A DNA stretch of 64,000 bases, from contig CAVYNY010000017.1 of the NCBI GenBank assembly GCA_963769935.1, forward strand, positions 160,036 to 224,035, given 5' to 3'. The notes under the pieces are model-generated. The model ran no database searches, was not told where the DNA came from, and worked only from the letters and a program-made list of their open reading frames with translations. Below are positions 12,418-21,759 of the stretch, piece after piece. The stretch's first letter is position 1. The number at the start of each line of letters is the position of its first letter. This DNA comes from an uncultured delta proteobacterium (GTDB lineage: Bacteria > Desulfobacterota > Desulfobacteria > Desulfobacterales > JAFDCJ01). A program made the translations under genes and the position numbers.

Positions 12418-12755
12418 ATGCTTCTGTATAAGAAAACAGCGGATTTTTGCATCCTAACGGTTTAAACTCATGAATATGTCCTGCGCATATTTTCACAAAA
12501 CGCTCTAATATGTGAATACAATTTTCAAAGTGCGATCATTGACAGAAGGAACGCCTGGCTTGGAAATGACTCCCATTAAGTCCTTGAAAGTTGTTTCGTA
12601 TTAGGTGTCTAATACTAAAAGGCTGTGGTGAAAGAATTTTTATTGCGGGCCGTTGAAAAGATCGACCGGAATTTGACACCAAATTATTTTCAATTAAAAG
12701 TGCGGCAAAAGTGACGAAAAATTGAGCAGTCGAGGAGTTTATTGCGCTATACCCC

Positions 12756-12829
12756 GTCCTTCCTGCGAAAGCAGAAATCCAGAGAATTCGGCAGCGGCTG
12801 AACTGGATGCCCGCCTCCGCGGGCATGAC
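12756..12829. repeat. REP-like palindromic doublet
   Basis: GTCCTTCCTGCGAAAGCAGAAATCCAG ... CTGGATGCCCGCCTCCGCGGGCATGAC, two inverted imperfect palindromic units. Confidence 0.6.
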
Positions 12830-12961
12830 GAGAAAAACACCCGGACCCTTCATTGAATTTATTCCGTTTGGAAAGGGTCCTTTCGTGCTTTCGTAATGAA
12901 TTTTCTTTTTTGATCCCATGCAGATCGGGATTTATGCCGGGTCACTAACGCCCCGCCCGGG

Positions 12962-15292
12962 CTAGGTCATACCCGTGAAGTCAAAGGATAGCTTCGCCTG
13001 ATACTTCTCGATGCGCTTGAATATCTCTTTGAGGGTGGTCTGCTCGATGCGGGAGAGTTTTTTGGGATTTATGTAGTTATCCGGCTCGGCCTTTTCGTCA
13101 ATGACCGCTTTGACCTGGCGCACAAATCGCTGCTGCATTAAATAGCTGTAGACCGCATCAAGTTCGTTGTATTGCTGGGCGGAAATTTTATTCTGGCGCA
13201 GGAGCTCCTTCAGCCGTCCCAGGGTATTGGTCTCCTCAATCCGATGATTGAGAGCATAGATGCGGGCATAATCCACCACCGGCTGCATGGCGGCCTTGAT
13301 GTCAAAACTGTCGCGATGCTCCCCTTTTGACTCGACCAGAAAGTTGCGGAAAAAGCCGATGGGCGGCGTAAAGAACAGCGCATTTTCCGTCAGGTGGCGG
13401 AAAAACCCCGGCCAGCCGACCAGCGCATCGAAGAGGTGGCCGCGCAGCTCGCTAATTAATTCGGCATCCCCGTAGCCGCCCCTCAAATCAAAGAAGATGC
13501 CGGCCGGCAGCAGTGCTTCCGGGGCGGCCGTGTGAATCCATTCCGTGAAATATCTCTTCCAGGTCTGCAACGGCTGACACCATAGGGGGTTTTTGGCCAT
13601 GACGCCGTCTTTGCAGAAAGTATAGCCGGCGTCGTCCAGCCAGCCGCAGACTTTTTCGGCCAAACTTAAAAAATAATTCATCGCTGATTTGCCGGCCTTG
13701 GCAGGAAGATCTTCAAAGATGATGGCGTTGTCCTGGTCGGTTCTAAGGGTTTGTTCCTTGCGACCTTCACTGCCAAGAACCATAAACGCGAATCGGGCCG
13801 GCGGCGGTCCCATCTCCGCCAGCGCAAAAGCGATTATTTTTTGTAGAACGGCATCGGATATGGTCGTTAAAAATCGGGTGATATTCTGGGCCTTGGCCCC
13901 CGTATTGATCAACGAGTGCAGCAGCTGGGGAATGTGGCGATGAATCTCGACAATCTGATTGATAAAACGGGCCTGGGCAATCTCGCGTATGACAAAAAAG
14001 GGCGACTGTCCCTGGGCTTTCAGCAGATCGCGGTTGGTGATGATGCCCACCACTTTGTCCGCCGAATCCCGGATGGCAAGATGTTTGATATTTTTTTGCA
14101 TCATCAACATCATGGTCTCAAAAATAAGGGCTTTTGACGAAATCGTGGCCAACGGCGAGGACATAATTTCATAGACGGGTTTTAAAATATCGTAACCGGC
14201 GGCCGTCACTTTTTTGCGCAAATCGTTGTCGGTGACGACGCCTACATATTCCCCGGCAGCATCGCGAATGAAAATGGAGCTGGCATTGTGCTCGCTCATA
14301 ACCGCAGCCGCCGCCTGAATCGGCATTTCCTGATCACAAGACACCAGTTCCCGGTTGACGATATTTTCAATCGGCTGATTGAAAAATTCCGGGGCAAAAT
14401 CCGCCGGCTTGAAGTTGCCGGCAATTATTTCAGCATAGGATCGATCCAGCATCCGTTTGCCGAAGGTATCCGTGAAAAAGTCGGAAAACGCTTCGTATTT
14501 TTTGCAGATGTCCAGAAAAATCTCTTTAGATAATATATAGAAATAGGAGTCTTCCGTAACCCTCAAGGTGCGAATGGAGATGCTGTTATTCATCAGCATT
14601 GAAATGCCGCCGTAGATGTCGCCTTCGCCCAGGATACCCCGCAGCATCTTTTTGTTGTTTTCCTCATAATACCTTTCGGCCGCGCCTTTCTTGACGATAT
14701 ACAGGTACTCGATCTTGGACTGCCCCTGGATGAACAGTAAGGTGTCCTTGGGATAGTTGATGATCGATATTGCCGCGGCAATTCTGACGACCTCTTCTTC
14801 CGGCAGAAAACTGAAGGGCACCAGGTGGGATATAAAATGCAGCGCCTGTCCGGCGGCGACAATGGACGCATAGGACGAATTCGTCATTTGCGCTCGAAAA
14901 CGACCGGCAAAATGCTCGTAGAAATCTTTATTGCGGGTGCAGACCTCCAGAAACACTTTTTGGGGTATAACATACAGCGTGGCATCATTGACGACCTGGA
15001 CCGTACGAACCGAGATCCCGGCATTCATCAAAATGGAAACCCCGCCGAATGTTTCGCCTTTATCCAGTATCCCCCTTATCTCCCTCTCACCGTCGGTTTC
15101 ATAAAAAAGCTCCATCTTGCCATTTTTGATAATGTAGACGCAGTCCAGTTTTGTACGCCCCTGAACGGCCAGAACGGTGGTTTTGGGATATTTTATTTCC
15201 GTGATTTCTCCGGCGACAAAGGCCACCTCTTTTTCCGGCAGCATTGAAAAAAGCGGCAACCCCTTCAAGAATTTGTAAATCTTATCTTCCAT
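12962..15292 (-). CDS. cNMP-binding (x2) / CBS / DUF294 nucleotidyltransferase-like protein
   Basis: Two similar cNMP-type repeats (GETFGG, GDIYGG), CBS pair, LGSEGRKEQTLRTDQDNAI. Confidence 0.88.
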   Translation of the reverse strand: MEDKIYKFLKGLPLFSMLPEKEVAFVAGEITEIKYPKTTVLAVQGRTKLDCVYIIKNGKMELFYETDGEREIRGILDKGETFGGVSILMNAGISVRTVQVVNDATLYVIPQKVFLEVCTRNKDFYEHFAGRFRAQMTNSSYASIVAAGQALHFISHLVPFSFLPEEEVVRIAAAISIINYPKDTLLFIQGQSKIEYLYIVKKGAAERYYEENNKKMLRGILGEGDIYGGISMLMNNSISIRTLRVTEDSYFYILSKEIFLDICKKYEAFSDFFTDTFGKRMLDRSYAEIIAGNFKPADFAPEFFNQPIENIVNRELVSCDQEMPIQAAAAVMSEHNASSIFIRDAAGEYVGVVTDNDLRKKVTAAGYDILKPVYEIMSSPLATISSKALIFETMMLMMQKNIKHLAIRDSADKVVGIITNRDLLKAQGQSPFFVIREIAQARFINQIVEIHRHIPQLLHSLINTGAKAQNITRFLTTISDAVLQKIIAFALAEMGPPPARFAFMVLGSEGRKEQTLRTDQDNAIIFEDLPAKAGKSAMNYFLSLAEKVCGWLDDAGYTFCKDGVMAKNPLWCQPLQTWKRYFTEWIHTAAPEALLPAGIFFDLRGGYGDAELISELRGHLFDALVGWPGFFRHLTENALFFTPPIGFFRNFLVESKGEHRDSFDIKAAMQPVVDYARIYALNHRIEETNTLGRLKELLRQNKISAQQYNELDAVYSYLMQQRFVRQVKAVIDEKAEPDNYINPKKLSRIEQTTLKEIFKRIEKYQAKLSFDFTGMT

Positions 15293-15414
15293 GATATTAC
15301 CTGATCATTATACCCTGATCGAGAAAAGCCGCTCGACCGGGCGCTAATCCTAATTCGTTACAGGCCCTTAACAAATTCTGACCTAATTTATATATCTTAT
15401 ACTTATAAGACATT

Positions 15415-15760
15415 AAAATTACAAATCTCAAGCACCAAATTATTCACCCTGTTAAATAGTTTGATTCATCGAGTTGCAGGTTCTGACGAAAGTCATCACA
15501 TTTTCGACCTGCGCACCAATCGTTACAGGACAATTTAACAGGGCAGGTAAATCTCAATTTCAAATATTCAATGACCTAAACATGCCGCGCAGCTGAATCG
15601 CTTCGCTTCGCAAACCCCGGTCGGTCGGTAATGATGCCATCGAGCGCAATGTTAGATGGAGTTTTTGATTGGTCCTTGATATTGGATGCTGGGTGCTGGA
15701 GGTTTCTGGATTTCATTCCAGATGCATTACCGAATATCCAGCATCCAGCATCTAGCATAA
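15415..15760. repeat. Degenerate heptamer arrays with a nested insert
   Basis: AAATTAC-AAATCTC-AAGCACC... and TGGATGC / ATCCAGC-ATCCAGC-ATCTAGC units in opposite orientations. Confidence 0.65.
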
Positions 15761-15909
15761 CCCGAATTGACACTTTCGTTCCTCTGTGATAAGGCTCTTT
15801 GACAACAATCGACCCTGTCACTTCTTCAACCCATGGCTAATTCCGGGGCTTCCTTCCAGTCGGCAAATTGGGAAGCACCAGAAAGTCACCGAGACCCTAA
15901 AGTAGATCA

Positions 15910-16131
15910 ATGACGCCTGAAGGCAAAAAAAACAAGCGTTTGGTCGCTTTATTTCTGTTCGGCTTCGTATTGCTGAACTATCCGATCCTTTCTTTGCTTA
16001 ATCTTAAAATTTTCGTTTTTGGCTTGCCGCTGCAGTTCATTTACATATTTGGTGTCTGGGGCCTTTTAATCCTTTTGTCGGCTTGGGTGACGCTGCACCG
16101 ATCAAAGGAAGATACAGATTATTTGGAATAA
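15910..16131 (+). CDS. Small two-TM membrane protein upstream of the symporter-kinase
   Basis: 73 aa hydrophobic ORF (LLNYPILSL, FGLPLQFIYIF) 15 nt before the kinase. Confidence 0.75.
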   Translation: MTPEGKKNKRLVALFLFGFVLLNYPILSLLNLKIFVFGLPLQFIYIFGVWGLLILLSAWVTLHRSKEDTDYLE

Positions 16132-16146
16132 TCGGGAACTTCATCC

Positions 16147-18918
16147 GTGTTGGATACCGGAACCATATTATTTGTTTCCTTCTTTTATATCGGCCTTCTT
16201 TTTGCGATCGCCTACTGGGGCGACAAACGGGCCGATAAAGGCCGCAGCGTTATTGCAAACCCTTACATTTACACCCTTTCCCTGGCGGTTTACTGCACGG
16301 CCTGGACTTTTTACGGCAGTGTGGGAATGGCCGCCCGCAACGGTCTGAGTTTTGCAACCATTTATCTCGGTCCGACGCTGATGATCATGCTGGGCTGGCT
16401 GGTGCTGCGCAAAATTATCCGCATCAGCAAGGTCCATCGCATTACCTCCATTGCCGATTTTATTGCGTCCCGCTATGGCAAAAGCCCCGTGCTGGGCGGT
16501 ACCGTCACTGTTATCGCCGTCATGGGCGTCATCCCTTATATCGCCCTGCAGCTCAAGGCCATATCCACCGGCTTTCTGCTGATCAATCACTATCCCAAAA
16601 TCTCGGTGTCGTTTAATTTCACCGGTATTCCCGTCTTCAGTGACACGGCTTTCTATGTGGCGGTGATACTCGTTGTTTTTGCCGTTTTATTCGGTACGCG
16701 TCATCTGGATGCAACCGAACGGCACGAAGGACTCGTGGCGGCCATCGCATTTGAGTCCATTGTTAAGCTCGCCGCCTTTTTAACGGTGGGAATCTTTGTA
16801 ACCTTTGTTCTTCACAACGGCTTTGCGGATCTGTTCCAAAAGGCCGACGCTTTCATCGGACCCAAGCCGGCCGCCGGCATCGCGGGAAATCAATCGGTCG
16901 ATTTCTTTAAAAATATTCTGACCATCGGTTCCCCGGATGCCACCTACATCGATTGGAGTATCTATTTGTTCCTGTCGATGATGGCCCTTCTTTTTCTGCC
17001 CCGCCAGTTTCAGGTGATGGTGGTCGAAAACGTCAATGAAGAGCATTTAACCAAGGCTATCTGGCTTTTTCCCCTTTATCTGCTGGCCATCAACATTTTT
17101 GTCCTGCCGGTGGCTCTGGCCGGACTCATGCATTTTCCCGGCAGTTCGGCCAATGCCGACTGGTTTGTATTGATGCTGCCGATGGCCGAACATCAGCAGC
17201 TGCTGGCCCTGTTCGTATATCTGGGCGGTATATCGGCCGCTTCCGGCATGGTGATTGTTGAAACGATCGCCCTGAGCACGATGATCTGCAACGATCTTGT
17301 AATGCCGGTCCTGATCCGTTCACCGATCACAACCCTGTCCGGGCAAAGCGACCTGCGCGGTTTGCTGCTGGTTATCCGACGGGTGAGCATCGCCCTGGTT
17401 CTCATGCTGGGCTATGCTTATTTCCATTATATCGGCGAATTTTATGCCCTGGTCGCCATCGGTTTATTGTCGTTTGCAGCGGTGGCGCAGTTTGCGCCGG
17501 CCATGCTGGGCGGCATTTTCTGGAAAGGCGGAACGCGGACCGGCGCACTCAGCGGCTTATTGGCCGGATTCTTTGTCTGGGCCTACACCCTGCCGCTGCC
17601 GTACCTTGTCCAGGCCGGACTGATCCCCCAGCGTTTTGTAACCGCAGGTCCCTTCGGCATCGAGCTGCTGAAGCCTTACCAGCTGTTCGGTCTGCAGCAT
17701 TTCAATCATATTTCCCAGTCGGTTTTCTGGAGCATCCTGTTTAACACCGGCGTCTACATCGGTGTTTCCGTTCTGAGCCGACCCCGCGCCATCGATCACA
17801 CCCAGGCCACTTTGTTTGTGGAGGTTTTCAAGTATGCCGGTGAAACCGAAGACTCTCTCTTCCGGCGGGGCACCGCCAGCCTTCCGGCCTTGAAGTCGCT
17901 GCTGCAACGGTTTCTCGGCCGAGACGGAGCTGACCATGAACTGGCTCAATACGCCCGCCGGCGCAACGTTAACTGGGATCAGTACCAGACAGCCGATGCC
18001 GATCTGGTCAGCTATGCTGAAAAACTTCTCACCGGCGCGATTGGATCGGCCTCGGCCCGCGTCATGGTATCGTCGGTTGTCAAGGAAGAACCCCTGGGCG
18101 TCGAGGAAGTATTGAACATCCTCGATGAAACCCGGCAGGTAATCGCTTACAGCCGCGAACTGGAAAGAGCCACCGCCGAGCTCAAAGCAGCCAACGCCCG
18201 GCTGCAGGAATTGGACCGTCTTAAAGATGATTTTATATCCACGGTTACCCATGAACTGCGCACGCCGTTGACTTCAATCCGATCTCTTTCTGAAATACTG
18301 CACAGTAATCCGGGTATCGAACCCGCCCGAATTGAAAATTTCACCAATATCATCATCAAAGAAAGCGACCGGCTCATCCGCCTGATCAGTCAGATACTGG
18401 ATTACGAAAAAATCGAATCGGCCCGGATCGAGTGGTCGATTGCATCGCTGGATTTAAAAGAAATCGTTGATGACGCGGTCGCCGGCACCCAGCAGCTGAT
18501 TCACGACAAAAATATCACTCTCGATCTGGATGCCGAGGAACACCTGCCGCCGGTTTTCGGCGATCGCGACCGCCTGGTTCAGGTCCTGGTCAATTTAATC
18601 TCAAATGCGGTAAAATTCTGCGAACCCGACCGCGGCAACATTACCATTCGATTGAGGAGCCAGGACGCCAACCTGCTGGTGCAGGTGGCCGACAACGGCA
18701 TCGGAATAAAATCAGAAAATCTGAAGAAAGTTTTTGAACCCTTTCATCAGATTAAAAACCCCACCAAAGGCCGCCCGGTTGGAACCGGCATCGGATTGAC
18801 GATTACCAAACGCATCATCGATTTTCATCACGGCCGGATCTGGGTCGAAAGCACGCCCGGCCAGGGGGCGATCTTTTCGTTTACGCTGCCGGTCAACCGG
18901 ACAGCGGCGAACACCTAG
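16147..18918 (+). CDS. Na+/solute symporter (SLC5)-fused sensor histidine kinase, CrbS/CbrA-like
   Basis: YTLSLAVYCTAWTFYGSVG, LPRQFQ, IGSASAR, H-box THELRTPL, HATPase N/G boxes. Confidence 0.9.
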   Translation: MLDTGTILFVSFFYIGLLFAIAYWGDKRADKGRSVIANPYIYTLSLAVYCTAWTFYGSVGMAARNGLSFATIYLGPTLMIMLGWLVLRKIIRISKVHRITSIADFIASRYGKSPVLGGTVTVIAVMGVIPYIALQLKAISTGFLLINHYPKISVSFNFTGIPVFSDTAFYVAVILVVFAVLFGTRHLDATERHEGLVAAIAFESIVKLAAFLTVGIFVTFVLHNGFADLFQKADAFIGPKPAAGIAGNQSVDFFKNILTIGSPDATYIDWSIYLFLSMMALLFLPRQFQVMVVENVNEEHLTKAIWLFPLYLLAINIFVLPVALAGLMHFPGSSANADWFVLMLPMAEHQQLLALFVYLGGISAASGMVIVETIALSTMICNDLVMPVLIRSPITTLSGQSDLRGLLLVIRRVSIALVLMLGYAYFHYIGEFYALVAIGLLSFAAVAQFAPAMLGGIFWKGGTRTGALSGLLAGFFVWAYTLPLPYLVQAGLIPQRFVTAGPFGIELLKPYQLFGLQHFNHISQSVFWSILFNTGVYIGVSVLSRPRAIDHTQATLFVEVFKYAGETEDSLFRRGTASLPALKSLLQRFLGRDGADHELAQYARRRNVNWDQYQTADADLVSYAEKLLTGAIGSASARVMVSSVVKEEPLGVEEVLNILDETRQVIAYSRELERATAELKAANARLQELDRLKDDFISTVTHELRTPLTSIRSLSEILHSNPGIEPARIENFTNIIIKESDRLIRLISQILDYEKIESARIEWSIASLDLKEIVDDAVAGTQQLIHDKNITLDLDAEEHLPPVFGDRDRLVQVLVNLISNAVKFCEPDRGNITIRLRSQDANLLVQVADNGIGIKSENLKKVFEPFHQIKNPTKGRPVGTGIGLTITKRIIDFHHGRIWVESTPGQGAIFSFTLPVNRTAANT

Positions 18919-18984
18919 TGCAGCGCCATTAATTTTAATCTGAAAAAGAGTCTGTCCCATCCGACCTCTGTTACTTTATTCAGA

Positions 18985-19107
18985 AAATCCCAAGCACCAA
19001 ATACCAAACAATATCCAAATTCCAATTTCCCAATAATCAAACGTTTGAGATTTGGAATTTTGGTCATTGAGATTTATTTGGAATTTGAGATTTGAGATTT
19101 GGAATTT
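18985..19107. repeat. Palindromic array of degenerate heptamers
   Basis: AAATCCC-AAGCACC-AAATACC... left arm and ...GAGATTT-GAGATTT-GGAATTT right arm centred on AAACGTTT (19039-19046). Confidence 0.8.
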
Positions 19108-19164
19108 AACATGACTATTTTTTGAGTATGATCTTGTTTTTTAACAGGGCCAAATATAAACTGC

Positions 19165-21357
19165 TCAATATTTCTGCCTGGCATAGTACGTCTTGCGTGA
19201 TGCCGCCAGCGCCTCCTTCAGCGTATAAATTCCTTTTTGGTTCAAAAGCGGCAGCATTTTAAGGAAAATTTCACCGGTGGCCGATGCATCCCCCAGGGCC
19301 GTGTGGCGGCCGAGAATCCGGACGCCCAACCGCTGCGATATGGCCTCCAGATCATGGTTTTCATGGGAGGGGTGCACCACAGCCGACAGCAGGAGGGTAT
19401 CCAGCACCGGATTGGCAAACTTGACACCGGATTTAGCTTCCTGCAGCTGTAAAAACCGCATATCGAAAGCGGCATTGTGAGCTACCAGGATCGTATCTTC
19501 AACGAAATGATGGAATTGAGGCAGAACCTTGTCGATGAAGGGCTGCCCGATCAACATTTCGGGATGGATCCCGTGGATCTTGACCGAAGACCAGGGGATC
19601 GAGCGCTGCGGATCAACCAGCTGTTCAAACCGCTCTGCCCGAAGCAGACGGCAGTTGACAATGCGAAACGCACCGATCGCTATGATTTCATCGCCTTCGG
19701 CCGGATTCAGCCCGGTAGTTTCCATGTCGAAGACTGTGTACGTCAGATCCGTTAGGGGCCGATTTTCCAGTTCCGGAACATGCTCCACGTTGCCGAATAA
19801 ATCAAAATCATAAAACTCCGGACGGCTTTCCGGCAGAATGGTCAGGTACCGGGTTTCCTCCGGTTCGGCGACCTCAACCACCGGCAGAAAAAAGCGCAGA
19901 TAAGAGGTGCCCTTGCGCCGTTTAGAAGAATAAGATCCAAAGTCGGCGGCATGGTGATCGATGATTTCTCGCAAACTCAACGACACCCCCTCCTCTTCGA
20001 ACACCAGCCGCTGCTCCTCCCATTCACGCAGGATTTCGAATTTAACCGGTGCCCCCTGCCAGAGCAAATCAAATCCCACGTACCAGTCCAGTTCATTAAA
20101 GCGGCAGGTAAGTTCCGTGAAGCCGATCAGCGCTTTTAATTTGTCGAGGACGAACAACAGCACCAGCAGAAAAGAATAGCTGTCAATTTTGACCCTGATG
20201 GCGGGATTGAATTCTTCCACCCGTATCGGCAGCTGCAGCTTTTGGCCGGCCTTGGACTTGAGCAGATCGACAAGATCTGCGGTCGACATGGTAATCAGGG
20301 GCCATTGACTGAAATTGCCCCGTGCATTGACGGGCAGATCGCTTTCCAGCATCTCGCCCAGAACCAGCGATTCTTTGTGGATGATGGCTTTGAGGGCCTC
20401 GAGCCGGGGGGCGTCCATCTGCGGAAATTCAATAATGGTTTCAATGGCCGACCGGATACCGGCCAGAGATGCCCGGACCCCACGTGAAAATGACTGCAGG
20501 GCGAGGTTCAAATGGCTGTCGCTTTCCAGCTGCCGGGTAATATCGTTAAAAATCAGAACCAAGCCTGAAAATTGCCGCTTGGCGTCCAGTATCGGAACGA
20601 CTTCAACCCGCAGTTTGCGGTCATCCGCACCCGACACAACGAAATAGGAGACAACTCTGGGATCACCCGAACGCAGTTTGGAACTGATTTGATCGAGGGC
20701 GTGGCCGATGAGATGGCGGTCGATCACGCCGTAAACGGATCGCCCCAGCCCGATATACCGTGAACGTTCAACGGCTGAGGCCGCGTCTTTTTGATTAGTG
20801 CCCGCCCCACCGGGAAGACCGGTCAACAGCTGGCGAGCGCGATTGTTGTGCAGGAGGATCCGGCCTTCGGTGTTGCAGATCAGAACGCCTTCGGGCAGCT
20901 CGGCCATAATGGCCGCCAGAATGTTTTTCTCCTGTTCCGATTCCGCCCTGGCACGCAGGATCCGGCCGTCGACATTTTCGGCCAGGATTTCATATCTTTG
21001 CGCCCCTTCATTAATGCGGTCACACAACCGGCGAATTTCGGCGGCGCCTTCGCCGTGAATCCGGTGGGAGGGATTGGAAGAATTGATCAGGGAGACCTCG
21101 TCTGCGATTTTGCGGACGGGCAGGATATATCTGTGAAAGACCGCCAGAACCAAGCCGCCGAAAACCACCAAAACCAGCAGGGCGATAACAATGATGGGGC
21201 CGATAAATGAGCTGAGCAGACGCAAAATGTATTGCAGCTGTTCGGAGGTTAACTGGTACCTGAACCAGACGGCAGAGCCGGCGAGGATAATGATAAACAA
21301 AATAGCGGCAGATGCCACAATTCCCCAGAAATTATTACCCGGCTTCCTCATGGACAT
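19165..21357 (-). CDS. Membrane-anchored PAS / DEDDh 3'-5' exonuclease (DNA pol III epsilon-like) fusion
   Basis: Two N-terminal TM helices; PAS-like ELPEGVLIC; FDMETTGL, HNAAFD, HTALGD. Confidence 0.87.
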   Translation of the reverse strand: MSMRKPGNNFWGIVASAAILFIIILAGSAVWFRYQLTSEQLQYILRLLSSFIGPIIVIALLVLVVFGGLVLAVFHRYILPVRKIADEVSLINSSNPSHRIHGEGAAEIRRLCDRINEGAQRYEILAENVDGRILRARAESEQEKNILAAIMAELPEGVLICNTEGRILLHNNRARQLLTGLPGGAGTNQKDAASAVERSRYIGLGRSVYGVIDRHLIGHALDQISSKLRSGDPRVVSYFVVSGADDRKLRVEVVPILDAKRQFSGLVLIFNDITRQLESDSHLNLALQSFSRGVRASLAGIRSAIETIIEFPQMDAPRLEALKAIIHKESLVLGEMLESDLPVNARGNFSQWPLITMSTADLVDLLKSKAGQKLQLPIRVEEFNPAIRVKIDSYSFLLVLLFVLDKLKALIGFTELTCRFNELDWYVGFDLLWQGAPVKFEILREWEEQRLVFEEEGVSLSLREIIDHHAADFGSYSSKRRKGTSYLRFFLPVVEVAEPEETRYLTILPESRPEFYDFDLFGNVEHVPELENRPLTDLTYTVFDMETTGLNPAEGDEIIAIGAFRIVNCRLLRAERFEQLVDPQRSIPWSSVKIHGIHPEMLIGQPFIDKVLPQFHHFVEDTILVAHNAAFDMRFLQLQEAKSGVKFANPVLDTLLLSAVVHPSHENHDLEAISQRLGVRILGRHTALGDASATGEIFLKMLPLLNQKGIYTLKEALAASRKTYYARQKY

Positions 21358-21721
21358 CTTCTAAAACCGCTTTGACCTTGGCAACAAGTTCGGCATTCGA
21401 GAATGGTTTGGTAACGTAAGCATCGGCGCCAAGGGCCAGGCCCTTGGCGATTTCAACCTCACGGCCCTTGGCAGTCAGAAAGATAATTTTAGTAGCCCGA
21501 TAAGCAGGATTCAACCGGACGATTTCGCAGACCTCATAACCGTCAATTCCCGGCAGCATGATATCCAGCAGGACCAAATCCGGTTTGTATTTGTAAATCA
21601 GATCCAGGGCATCATGGCCGTTTTCGGCCACGATGACTCGATAGCCCTGCTGCTCCATCAAAAACTGGACAGGTACCACGATGCTGGGCTCATCATCCAC
21701 TATGAGAATTTCTCTTGGCAT
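21335..21721 (-). CDS. Single-domain response regulator
   Basis: ILIVDDE, LLDIMLPGIDG, FLTAK, YVTKPF. Confidence 0.93.
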   Translation of the reverse strand: MPREILIVDDEPSIVVPVQFLMEQQGYRVIVAENGHDALDLIYKYKPDLVLLDIMLPGIDGYEVCEIVRLNPAYRATKIIFLTAKGREVEIAKGLALGADAYVTKPFSNAELVAKVKAVLEDVHEEAG

Positions 21722-21759
21722 AATTGTTCAGATCAGGTCAACTTCACTCAAGCAGCCTC

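Noticed and set aside
12481..12498. Possible Rex operator CTGCGCATATTTTCACAA
   Set aside because: Only one half-site fits and there is no clear downstream target gene.
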